Of a DNA stretch of 64,000 nucleotides, positions 56,334 to 64,000 are shown one piece after another (the stretch's first letter is position 1; each line of letters starts with the position of its first letter). The translations under genes and the position numbers were made by a program. This DNA comes from Oscillospiraceae bacterium (GTDB lineage: Bacteria; Bacillota; Clostridia; Oscillospirales; Ruminococcaceae): the NCBI GenBank assembly GCA_045617625.1, contig JAZLJA010000036.1:10252-74251 (forward strand). The letters are read 5' to 3'. The notes below the pieces were generated by a model. That model had not been told where the DNA came from and ran no database searches. It saw only the letters and a list, made by a program, of their open reading frames with translations.

Positions 56334-56366
56334 AAGGAACAACCTCCTAAATACGTGGTTTTCTGA

Positions 56367-56660
56367 TTACTCGATCACAGTAACCATGGAACGGAGAACG
56401 CCGTCGGTGATTTGCAGGATACGATTCAGCTCTGCAGGGAAATCAGGAGCGGAATTGAAGTTTGCCACGATGTAGTAGCCCTCGGTCTCATCCGCGATTT
56501 CATAAGCCAGCTTACGCTTACCCCATTCATCGACTTCGCCAAGCTCTGCATTCTTCTCGATGAGAGCCTTGAACTTCTCCCATGTTGCCTGAACTGCCTC
56601 CTCGCCCTTTGCAACGCTCAGAACGAGCATCAGCTCATACTTTGCAGACAACTTTGCCAT
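56367..56660 (-). CDS. rpsF: 30S ribosomal protein S6
   Basis: YELMLVL...WGKRKLAY pattern, first gene of the rpsF-ssb-rpsR unit. Confidence 0.93.
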   Translation of the reverse strand: MAKLSAKYELMLVLSVAKGEEAVQATWEKFKALIEKNAELGEVDEWGKRKLAYEIADETEGYYIVANFNSAPDFPAELNRILQITDGVLRSMVTVIE

Positions 56661-56768
56661 GTTGATACACCTCCTTTTGGATTTCAGCTCGTCCGTTCAT
56701 TCGGGCGAGCAAGGAATGGCGCGGTCTGATTGTCAGTCACATTGGACACCGGACACGCCGCATAGATT

Positions 56769-56797
56769 ATTGTACCAGATTTCTCATCATTTGTCAA
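56769..56797 (-). promoter_or_regulatory. sigma-A-type promoter of rpsF-ssb-rpsR
   Basis: Minus strand reads TTGACA, a 17-nt spacer, then TACAAT, leaving a leader of about 100 nt. Confidence 0.7.
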
Positions 56798-56812
56798 GTG
56801 CAAAATCCGATT

Positions 56813-56855
56813 TTTTCAAAAAAGAGATTCCAAAGCTTGGAAGCTTCGGAATCTC
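56813..56855 (-). terminator. intrinsic terminator of the upstream hypothetical gene
   Basis: GAGATTCCGAAGCTT / AAGCTTTGGAATCTC imperfect palindrome overlapping the stop codon, followed by a U-run on the minus strand. Confidence 0.65.
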
Positions 56856-57387
56856 ATGCAAGCTGGATTGTCGAAATCATCGTATCTACGATGGGTTTAT
56901 ATTTTTCGACCTCGCCCGTGAACAGGAGAGCGTAGACGAATTTCTTCTTCTGGATCAGCACGATGACGGCATCTTCTTCGCGGGTGCGTCGGATGTTTTT
57001 GTAATGCACGGTCACTTTGGGCGCATAGCGCACATAACCGCGTTCAAATGTCTCCACGCGAATTGTGCCAAGCTGACGGAAAAATGCCTGTTCGAGTGTT
57101 TCCTGCGTCACCAGTTTCAGCGAGCCTTCAAACGGCATACGGCTGACTGTCAGCACAAGGGTCTGCGCGTTGTCGCCGAATGTTGTCTGGGAGCTGTCAT
57201 TTTTCAGCACCCGAAAGCTTTGCGGCAGCGCGATTTTCAGTGCGCCTCCCATGCAGGAGGCTTCCTGCGGCAGCACCACCACCGAGAGAATTTTATCCTC
57301 GGCGAGCGGCTCTGGATTTTTGCGTTTGCCTTGCATCCACGCCCGAAGCCGAGAGAGCCACGCACGGAACTTTGTCGTATGCGGCAT
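56854..57387 (-). CDS. hypothetical protein
   Basis: 177-179 aa with no family I can name. Its coding-like composition and position downstream of the VanY-like gene support it. The start is 57387 or 57393. Confidence 0.5.
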   Translation of the reverse strand: MPHTTKFRAWLSRLRAWMQGKRKNPEPLAEDKILSVVVLPQEASCMGGALKIALPQSFRVLKNDSSQTTFGDNAQTLVLTVSRMPFEGSLKLVTQETLEQAFFRQLGTIRVETFERGYVRYAPKVTVHYKNIRRTREEDAVIVLIQKKKFVYALLFTGEVEKYKPIVDTMISTIQLA

Positions 57388-57420
57388 TCTCATCGCCTCC
57401 TTTCGGGAATGTAAGGGATG

Positions 57421-58431
57421 TCAGGAAATCGCGGTGACGATATAGCCGTCGATGTTGTTGCCCGAGATTTCGTAATTGCCGCTGACGGGCACAGGCACAT
57501 CGGTATCGCCTGTTGTGCTTGCAGGGACGTAATAAATGGTGAAATCCTGCTCGTTATAGGAGTAGTTCAGCAATCCTGTACCATAGGCGTATTTTTCCTT
57601 GAGCAGATCGAGATATTCTTCGAGGCAGAGGTTGTTTTCGTGCATATACGCAGCATGGGGGATGCCGACATAGCGCAGGGCTGCATAGGTTCCCTTCACG
57701 CCGGTTTTGTCCTCCTTGCCCTCAGGATACCGCTGCACAAAACCGTACTTGAACATATTGCTGAAGATCCATGAATAGGGTTCGGCATTGGTGACAGGGG
57801 CGTAAGAGCCGCGGTTTGTTTTCAGGTGGAGCTGAATATCGAGACCGCAGGCAGACTCAGGATTTGCTTTTTTGTCGTCCACGGCGAGATAGCCGTAGTT
57901 GAACATGATCTCGGTGTTGCTTGTCTGCGCGTAGTAGGCGGAAATCATTTTGTTGAACCACGAGAGAGCATTGGTATTGTAAAGTACATACGCGGGGTAC
58001 GAGACGTTATAGATGCCTGCGTACTTCTGATCGTATTCGCCGTTTCTGGCGACCAGTACCAGATCGAGATCCTCTTTGGTGAGGTGGCTTGGGTTATCCT
58101 TGTTGACCAGCACCAGGTTTCCGCCGTAGACATCGCCTGCCATTTGCACGGCATTGACGAAATCGGATGCGGAATCTTCGGGCGGTGCGGTGGTTTCGGT
58201 GTGAGCCGCAGACGACGATGAGGTATTATCGCCGCCGATGACATAATCGGCAGAACTTTCGGCGGTTTCGCTGCTCAGCGGGCTGATGGGGTTGATTTTG
58301 GGTGTATCCTCGTTTTCATCTGATTTGGTGCAGGAACTGACGCCCCAGCCAATCAGGAAAATCAGGAAAATCAGGAACACAAATGCGCCGATGACGCGGT
58401 CCCAGCGGATTCTGCGGTTGCGGTATGCCAT
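57421..58431 (-). CDS. membrane-anchored VanY/M15-like D,D-carboxypeptidase homolog lacking the canonical metal ligands
   Basis: N-terminal TM. The VanY-like scaffold reads LVLVNKDNP...LT, then YGFVQRYPEGKEDKTGVKGTYAALRYVGIPHAAYM..NLCLEEYL. The SxHxxGxAxD and ExxH positions read ESACGLDIQ and TYAA. Confidence 0.7.
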   Translation of the reverse strand: MAYRNRRIRWDRVIGAFVFLIFLIFLIGWGVSSCTKSDENEDTPKINPISPLSSETAESSADYVIGGDNTSSSSAAHTETTAPPEDSASDFVNAVQMAGDVYGGNLVLVNKDNPSHLTKEDLDLVLVARNGEYDQKYAGIYNVSYPAYVLYNTNALSWFNKMISAYYAQTSNTEIMFNYGYLAVDDKKANPESACGLDIQLHLKTNRGSYAPVTNAEPYSWIFSNMFKYGFVQRYPEGKEDKTGVKGTYAALRYVGIPHAAYMHENNLCLEEYLDLLKEKYAYGTGLLNYSYNEQDFTIYYVPASTTGDTDVPVPVSGNYEISGNNIDGYIVTAIS

Positions 58432-58523
58432 TGGAATTTCCTCCGTTCTTTGTTCTTACACGTCTTACACGAATGATTGTTTTCTATTTATCTGCTTGTT
58501 TTTTCTGTATGTATTCGGATTCT

Positions 58524-58569
58524 CGAAAAAGGCACAGCCTCCCGAAAGTGAAATCCGTGAGACTGTGCC
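58524..58569 (-). terminator. intrinsic terminator of pspA
   Basis: GGCACAGTCTC / GAGGCTGTGCC stem (one mismatch) followed by T5 on the minus strand. Confidence 0.75.
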
Positions 58570-58595
58570 GTGTCGTTTACGTAGAATGCGCGGAA

Positions 58596-59363
58596 TTATA
58601 CGGTTTCGGAACCTTCAGCGGGAGCAGCCTCGGGCTCGGAGAGACCTGCCTGTGCAGCAAAAGCGGCGAGATCTGCATCGGAGATGCCTGCATTGGACAT
58701 ACCCATTTCAGACATCAGACGCTCAAGCTCGGAATCAACCTTTGCATTGCGTTCGAGTTCTTCAAACGAAGCAACTTCTTCGGGCTTGGTGGAACCGGTG
58801 ATCTCAGCAAATGCAGCAGCTTCTGCTTCCTTGCGCTCGATCTTTTCTTCCATCTTGGAGAGCTTGTCGAAGCCTGCATTGGAATCAATGCCGCCCAGAG
58901 ATTTTGCCAGTTCCTTGGTGGTGTCAGCCATCTGGGAGCGTGCGATCAGCATAGCCTCGCGGCTCTTTGCTTCCTGCAGCTTGGATTTCAGCACCTCGAC
59001 CTGAGAACGGATCGCCTCGGTCTGGTTGGAAATGGTCTCGAACATTTCACGGTAGTTTGCAACGTCCTCATCTGCCTTGACCTTGTTGGCGAGAGCTTTC
59101 TTCGCAAGCTCAGCGTCGCCGGATTTCAGAGCAGCTTTTGCACGGGTCTCCCAGTTTGCGGAGACTGCGCAGGCATTGCGGTACTGTTTTTCCACCGTGC
59201 GCTCGCTGGCAACAGCCTTGCCGAGTGCCTGTGTGGATTTTGTCAGTTCCTTCTGCATATCGACAATAATCTGTTTGACAAGCTTTTCGGGGTCTTCTGC
59301 CTTGTCGAGAAGCTCGTTAATGTTTGCTTTGAGAATATCGCTCAATCTGGAAAAAATGCCCAT
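58596..59363 (-). CDS. pspA: PspA/IM30 family protein
   Basis: MGIFSRLSDILKANINELLDKAEDPEKL followed by a long coiled coil. The ATG at 59363 lies 8 nt after AGGAGGG. Confidence 0.9.
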   Translation of the reverse strand: MGIFSRLSDILKANINELLDKAEDPEKLVKQIIVDMQKELTKSTQALGKAVASERTVEKQYRNACAVSANWETRAKAALKSGDAELAKKALANKVKADEDVANYREMFETISNQTEAIRSQVEVLKSKLQEAKSREAMLIARSQMADTTKELAKSLGGIDSNAGFDKLSKMEEKIERKEAEAAAFAEITGSTKPEEVASFEELERNAKVDSELERLMSEMGMSNAGISDADLAAFAAQAGLSEPEAAPAEGSETV

Positions 59364-59436
59364 CTGGATGACCCTCCTGAATTTCATATGAATTTTCGGC
59401 AGGCATTGAAAAAATCATGCTCTGCCAAGTATCAAC

Positions 59437-59465
59437 ATTATACCAAAGATTCTGCAAAATGTCAA
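59437..59465 (-). promoter_or_regulatory. consensus sigma-A promoter of pspA
   Basis: Minus strand reads TTGACA, a 17-nt spacer, then TATAAT. Confidence 0.7.
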
Positions 59466-59542
59466 GTGGAAAAATAAAAAACTGTAAAAACGCACAAGAT
59501 GCGGGATTATCGGGGACAAAACGAATTTTTCATCGGATTCGC

Positions 59543-59571
59543 TTGCGTTCCGCGGCTTTTTGTGATATAAT
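59543..59571 (+). promoter_or_regulatory. sigma-A-type promoter of the amidohydrolase-fumarate hydratase-cca unit
   Basis: TTGCGT, a 17-nt spacer, then TATAAT. Confidence 0.6.
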
Positions 59572-59623
59572 TAAGATATATGTGCGTTTACAGATACACA
59601 CAGCAGAAACGGAGATATGTGAT

Positions 59624-60772
59624 ATGCGGATATACAACGTCACGGTGATGAAAATGGACGGTTCTGCGCCATTTCACGGGTTTGTGACGATAATCGGCGG
59701 AAAAATCGCGGCAGTGCAGCCGGGTGACATTGCCCCTGCCCCTGATGACATCGACGGCAAAGGCGGCTTGCTGCTGCCCGGTTTTGTCGATGCCCACACG
59801 CATCTTGGAATTGTGGAGGACGGCATCGACTTTGAGGGCGACGACTGCAACGAATCGACTGATCCTTTCATGCCCCATCTGCGGGCGATAGACGGCATCA
59901 ACCCCTTTGACCGCTGCTTTGCCGAAGCACGCAGGCACGGCATCACCACGGTGCTTTCATGCCCGGGGAGTGCAAATCCCTGCGGCGGGGCTGTCACAGC
60001 GATGAAAACTGCGGGCAGAATCGCGGATGACATGGCGATTGCCGAAGTCGGCATCAAATTTGCACTGGGCGAGAACCCCAAAAGCGTTTACGACCACCGC
60101 GACGAAACACCCGTGACACGTATGGCAACTGCGGCGATCCTGCGCGAGGGGCTGCGGAAAGCGATCCGTTATCAGGAGGATATTGCCGCCGCAGAAGCCG
60201 ACAGCGATCTGACACCGCCCGAATTTGACATGAAATGCGAGGCACTTTTGCCGTTGCTGCGGCGCGAACAGAAGGCGTTTTTCCATTGTCACCGCGCCGA
60301 TGATATCGCAACGGCAATGCGCATTGCAAATGAGTTTTCCCTCGATCTGGTGCTGATTCACGCAACGGAGGGCTATCGCATTGCGGATGTGCTTGCCGCA
60401 AAACAGATCCCTGCCATCGTGGGACCGCTGATCGGTGCCCGCACAAAACCCGAACTGCGGGAACAATCTGCTGAAAATGCAGCAGAACTGCGAAAAGCAG
60501 GTGTCAAACTCGCCATTTGCACCGATCACCCCGAAACCCCGATCGCGTATCTGGCTGCAACGGCGGCGGTGGCGGTCAAGGGCGGGCTGCCGCATGAGGA
60601 AGCACTGCTTGCCCTGACGGCATCGGCGGCGGAAATTGCAGGCATCGGGGATAGAGTCGGAAAAATCGAGGCAGGCTTTGATGCCGATTTGCAGCTTTAC
60701 GCGACCGATGTCAACCCGCTTTCGATCGATGCGGAGCCCGAATGGGTCATGATCGACGGCAACCCTGTTTGA
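59624..60772 (+). CDS. metal-dependent amidohydrolase family protein
   Basis: LLLPGFVDAHTHLG metal-binding motif in an imidazolonepropionase-like fold. The ATG at 59624 lies 9 nt after GGAG. Confidence 0.8.
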   Translation: MRIYNVTVMKMDGSAPFHGFVTIIGGKIAAVQPGDIAPAPDDIDGKGGLLLPGFVDAHTHLGIVEDGIDFEGDDCNESTDPFMPHLRAIDGINPFDRCFAEARRHGITTVLSCPGSANPCGGAVTAMKTAGRIADDMAIAEVGIKFALGENPKSVYDHRDETPVTRMATAAILREGLRKAIRYQEDIAAAEADSDLTPPEFDMKCEALLPLLRREQKAFFHCHRADDIATAMRIANEFSLDLVLIHATEGYRIADVLAAKQIPAIVGPLIGARTKPELREQSAENAAELRKAGVKLAICTDHPETPIAYLAATAAVAVKGGLPHEEALLALTASAAEIAGIGDRVGKIEAGFDADLQLYATDVNPLSIDAEPEWVMIDGNPV

Positions 60773-60790
60773 AACGAAAGGATGATAACT

Positions 60791-61633
60791 ATGCGCGAAA
60801 TTCATGTAGATACGATCACAGCAAAGGTGCGCGAGCTTTGTATGCAGGCAAATGCCGTGCTGCCGAAATCTCTCGAAACCTGCATCCGAAACGGAAAAAC
60901 GCTGGAACAATCCGAGGCGGGCAGGAGCGTTTTTGACGATCTCTGTGCAAACCTCGATGCGGCGCGTGAAACAGGTCTCCCGATTTGTCAGGACACGGGC
61001 ATGGCAGTGATCTTCATGCGCGTGGGACAGGATGTTCACATTGTCGGAGGCGATTTGCGCGAGGCGGTCAACCGCGGTGTGGCGGCAGGCTATCTGGACG
61101 GCTATCTGCGCTGCTCGGTGGTCGGTGATCCGCTGGAGCGTGTCAACACGGGCAACAACACCCCTGCCGTGCTGCATCTCGACATTGTGGCGGGCGACAG
61201 CATTGCACTCGACGTTTGCCCCAAGGGGTTCGGCAGTGAAAATATGAGTGCGCTGCGGATGTTCACCCCTGCGGCGAATGAAGATACACTGGTGGAATAC
61301 GTCACCGATGTGATCCGCAAAGCGGGCAGCAACCCCTGTCCGCCGATCGTTGTGGGCGTTGGCATCGGCGGTGATTTTGAACTCTGTGCCTATCTTGCGA
61401 AAAAAGCACTCTGCCGCGATGTGGCACTGCGCAACCCTGCACCGCGGTATGCGGCACTGGAGGAGAAAATGCTCCGATCTGTCAATCGGCTCGGCATCGG
61501 ACCGCAGGGCTTTGGCGGCACTGTGACTGCCCTTGCCGTCAACATTGAGCAGGCACCCACGCATATTGCGGGGCTTCCGATCGCGGTCAATGTGGGCTGC
61601 CATGTGACGCGTCATGCAAGCGCGGTGATCTGA
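60791..61633 (+). CDS. Fe-S type hydro-lyase (class I fumarate/tartrate dehydratase) alpha subunit
   Basis: About 280 aa with ICQDTGMAV and the FumA/TtdA N-terminal-domain pattern. No beta subunit gene follows. Confidence 0.8.
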   Translation: MREIHVDTITAKVRELCMQANAVLPKSLETCIRNGKTLEQSEAGRSVFDDLCANLDAARETGLPICQDTGMAVIFMRVGQDVHIVGGDLREAVNRGVAAGYLDGYLRCSVVGDPLERVNTGNNTPAVLHLDIVAGDSIALDVCPKGFGSENMSALRMFTPAANEDTLVEYVTDVIRKAGSNPCPPIVVGVGIGGDFELCAYLAKKALCRDVALRNPAPRYAALEEKMLRSVNRLGIGPQGFGGTVTALAVNIEQAPTHIAGLPIAVNVGCHVTRHASAVI

Positions 61634-62992
61634 ATGAAACTCCGCATTGATATTCCCGTGCAGGTGCGGCAGGTGATGCAAAAACTCGCAGATGCAGGCT
61701 TTTCGGCGTATATCGTCGGCGGCTGCGTGCGTGATGCCCTGCGCGGCGAGAGTCCCCACGACTGGGATATGACCACTTCTGCCGAGCCCTTGCAGACCAA
61801 AGCCTGTTTTGCGGATTACCCTGTGATTGAAACAGGCTTGCAGCACGGCACGGTCACGGTCGTGGCTGATCATATGCCCATTGAGATCACCACTTACCGC
61901 ATCGACGGCGATTATTCCGACAACCGCCGCCCCGATTCCGTCACGTTCACGAAAAACCTCCGCGATGACCTTTCGCGCCGCGATTTCACGGTCAATGCAA
62001 TGGCTTATCACCCCGACGAGGGGCTGATCGATTTGTTCGGCGGACAGACGGATTTGCAGGAAAAGCGCATCGCGTGCGTGGGCAATGCCGCGGCGCGGTT
62101 TGATGAGGATGGCTTGCGGATCCTGCGTGCGCTGCGGTTTGCATCGGTGCTGGATTTTTCCATCGCCCCTGAAACCGCCGATGCCATTCATGCGCAGAAA
62201 GATCTGCTGAGAGGCATCTCCGCCGAGCGCATTTTTGCGGAGCTTTCCAAGCTTCTGTGCGGCAGCGGTGCCGTGCGGATCCTGCGGGAATATGCGGATG
62301 TGCTGTTTGTCATCATGCCCGAATTACAGCCGATGCATCATTTTGAGCAGCACAACATCCACCACTGTTATGATGTGTACGAGCATACGCTGCATGTGCT
62401 GGAAAACGTGCCGCCCACGCCGATGCTTCGCTTTGCCGCGCTGCTCCACGACAGCGGCAAGCCTGCGGCGTTCTTCACCGATGAGCGCGGCGGGCATTTT
62501 CACGGGCACGCCGAAATCAGCACTGAGATCGCAAAAACCGTGCTGACAAGGCTCAAATCTGACCGCAAGACCTTCGACACGGTCTGCCGTTTGGTGGAGC
62601 ATCACGATGTGGTGTTTCAGTTTGACTGCTTTGAACGTCAGCTCAAACGCTGGGTCAACCGCATCGGATTTGAGGAGACACGGATGCTGATTTTGCTGCA
62701 TCTGGGCGATGTGTCGGCACAGTCGGAACTTGACCGTGCGCAGCGTGTTGCCGAATCTCACGAAATGCTTGCGATTCTCGACCGTCTGGAGCAGAGTGAT
62801 GCGTGCTTGTCGCTCAAAAAGCTTGCGCTGTCGGGCGATGATCTGCTGGCAATGGGGATCCCGCAGGGCAAAGCGATCGGTGCGGCGCTGCAATCGCTGC
62901 TCGAACAGGTCATGGATGGCAGTTTGCCCAATGAAAGAAATGCCCTTTTGGATGCTTTGCACAATCAAAATGTGCAAGGCACAGGGGAATAA
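61634..62992 (+). CDS. cca: CCA-adding tRNA nucleotidyltransferase
   Basis: Head domain YIVGGCVRDALRG..HDWD, RDFTVNAM, and a C-terminal HD domain (HDSGKP). The ATG abuts the preceding stop. Confidence 0.9.
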   Translation: MKLRIDIPVQVRQVMQKLADAGFSAYIVGGCVRDALRGESPHDWDMTTSAEPLQTKACFADYPVIETGLQHGTVTVVADHMPIEITTYRIDGDYSDNRRPDSVTFTKNLRDDLSRRDFTVNAMAYHPDEGLIDLFGGQTDLQEKRIACVGNAAARFDEDGLRILRALRFASVLDFSIAPETADAIHAQKDLLRGISAERIFAELSKLLCGSGAVRILREYADVLFVIMPELQPMHHFEQHNIHHCYDVYEHTLHVLENVPPTPMLRFAALLHDSGKPAAFFTDERGGHFHGHAEISTEIAKTVLTRLKSDRKTFDTVCRLVEHHDVVFQFDCFERQLKRWVNRIGFEETRMLILLHLGDVSAQSELDRAQRVAESHEMLAILDRLEQSDACLSLKKLALSGDDLLAMGIPQGKAIGAALQSLLEQVMDGSLPNERNALLDALHNQNVQGTGE

Positions 62993-63050
62993 ATCCTGCA
63001 CGGCGAAAAAATCGGGCGGCTGTGTGTCACAAAATTGTAAGGATTTGCCC

Positions 63051-63079
63051 TTGCAATTTTCACACAGATGTGTTATAAT
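63051..63079 (+). promoter_or_regulatory. sigma-A-type promoter
   Basis: TTGCAA, a 17-nt spacer, then TATAAT. Confidence 0.6.
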
Positions 63080-63148
63080 TGCGTGAACAATCGGAAAATG
63101 ACGATTGTTTTTCGCAAGTCGGCAATGATTTCCAGAAAGGATTTTTTG

Positions 63149-64000
63149 ATGAAACAGTTTTTGAAAACTCTCGGCGTGACGGCATCTGCACTGACAGCCT
63201 GCTGTGCGCTTTCTCTGAGTACTTCCGCGGCGACCATTGAGGATGTCTGCAATGCGCTCCGTGAAATCGGTATCCCCGAGGCGACTGTGCAGGAGTGCAT
63301 GAACTATTATTATACCTGCGAGCATGACGCAAACGGCACCTACGACCAGAACGGCAACTACTATGCCTACGATGATCTGGTTTCGGTCGTTTATGACTGT
63401 CAGGATATGATTCGGGAAAAGGTGTTCATCATGTTTCCGGGCGGCGGCTCGACGGCGGTGACTCAGCCCGCCACCACCACTTCCGCGACCACTACGACAG
63501 CCACGACCCGGGCGAATGTCGGCACCACCGCACAAAACCAAGATCCTGCTGCTGTTTCCACCACCTCTGCCACAACCACGACTGTCGTGACCACCACGAC
63601 GCAAAAGGCGTTCATCAACATGACAATGGCGGAAAAACAAGCATATGTCGGGGCAATGTCCGAATCGGAGCGCACGGATTTTCTCAACGGACTTACCACC
63701 GCTGAGCGCAACAGCATCATCAAGCAGATGTCGGCAGCGGACAAGGCGGATATCGCGCAGGGATTCATTGATGTGATGAAGCAGATGGGCTTCAACATGA
63801 CCGTGGATGATATCGACAATCTGGGTGTTTCGGTGCACGACCAGAACGGAACACTGATCGATTCTGCAAGCATTGTCGGCTCTGTCGATGACACGGGCTG
63901 GAACATGACCGCACCGTTTGTGATCTCGGTTTCTGCGCTTCTGCTTTCCGTCGGGGGGCTTGTGTGGATGACCATTCACACTGCAAATCGTCAGAAAAAG
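63149..64000 (+). CDS. secreted/anchored hypothetical protein (signal peptide, Cys-containing N-domain, Thr linker, helical domain, C-terminal TM), open at window end
   Basis: This frame is not in the supplied track because no stop occurs before 64000. It reads MKQFLKTLGVTASALTACCALSLSTSAA..., has a Thr-rich stretch at about 63469-63600, and ends ...FVISVSALLLSVGGLVWMTIHTANRQKK. RBS AAAGGA at 63135-63140. An alternative in-frame ATG lies at 63125. Confidence 0.65.
   Translation, partial: MKQFLKTLGVTASALTACCALSLSTSAATIEDVCNALREIGIPEATVQECMNYYYTCEHDANGTYDQNGNYYAYDDLVSVVYDCQDMIREKVFIMFPGGGSTAVTQPATTTSATTTTATTRANVGTTAQNQDPAAVSTTSATTTTVVTTTTQKAFINMTMAEKQAYVGAMSESERTDFLNGLTTAERNSIIKQMSAADKADIAQGFIDVMKQMGFNMTVDDIDNLGVSVHDQNGTLIDSASIVGSVDDTGWNMTAPFVISVSALLLSVGGLVWMTIHTANRQKK

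Noticed and set aside
59957-62191. 744-aa minus-strand ORF, the longest ORF in this part of the track
   Set aside because: It is entirely antisense to three well-supported + strand genes (amidohydrolase, hydro-lyase alpha subunit, cca). Its translation is rich in Arg, His, Cys and Ala with no recognisable motif. This is typical of a shadow ORF opposite GC-rich coding sequence.
62324-63979. 551-aa minus-strand ORF
   Set aside because: It is antisense to the cca 3' end and to the signal-peptide protein starting at 63149. It crosses the intergenic promoter region, has no RBS or family signature, and has an Arg/His/Cys/Gly-rich composition.

Overview
This 64-kb window is a chromosomal segment with dense coding on both strands. 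By eye it is moderately GC-rich; I did not compute GC. I support about 56 protein genes, one tRNA-Arg(ACG), one SAM-I riboswitch, and a set of sigma-A-type promoters and intrinsic terminators. I see no rRNA, CRISPR array, transposase, integrase or prophage genes. Dockerin and cohesin-like modules and Thr-rich linkers suggest a cellulosome-producing Firmicute, possibly Ruminococcus or Oscillospiraceae-like, but that is inference only. Housekeeping genes include adhE, sufC and a SufB/D gene, cdaA-cdaR, leuCDB, xylB, pcrA, nadA, tyrS, ppiB, split transketolase, rnz, metK, ade, rpsF-ssb-rpsR, pspA and cca. Four dockerin-bearing genes are scattered among them: a GH9-CBM3c-dockerin, a CBM-dockerin-CE4, an SGNH-dockerin, and a scaffoldin-like protein with two cohesin-like modules, five Ig-like repeats and a dockerin. 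The strongest candidates for something undescribed, all needing database or structure checks: (1) two translationally coupled RimK-type ATP-grasp ligases between leuCDB and the scaffoldin-like gene. (2) A membrane-tethered protein fusing a truncated ECF-sigma-like domain to four PepSY domains. (3) A roughly 250-nt leader with terminator hairpins upstream of the CE4 esterase. (4) A 7-TM protein and a single-TM protein sharing a paralogous ectodomain, in a nadA-linked operon. (5) A HEPN gene paired with a catalytically degenerate nucleotidyltransferase directly downstream of RNase Z. (6) A VanY-like protein lacking all three zinc-ligand positions. Most long antisense ORFs in the supplied track look like shadow ORFs of conserved genes. 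Start codons were chosen from RBS spacing and remain predictions.
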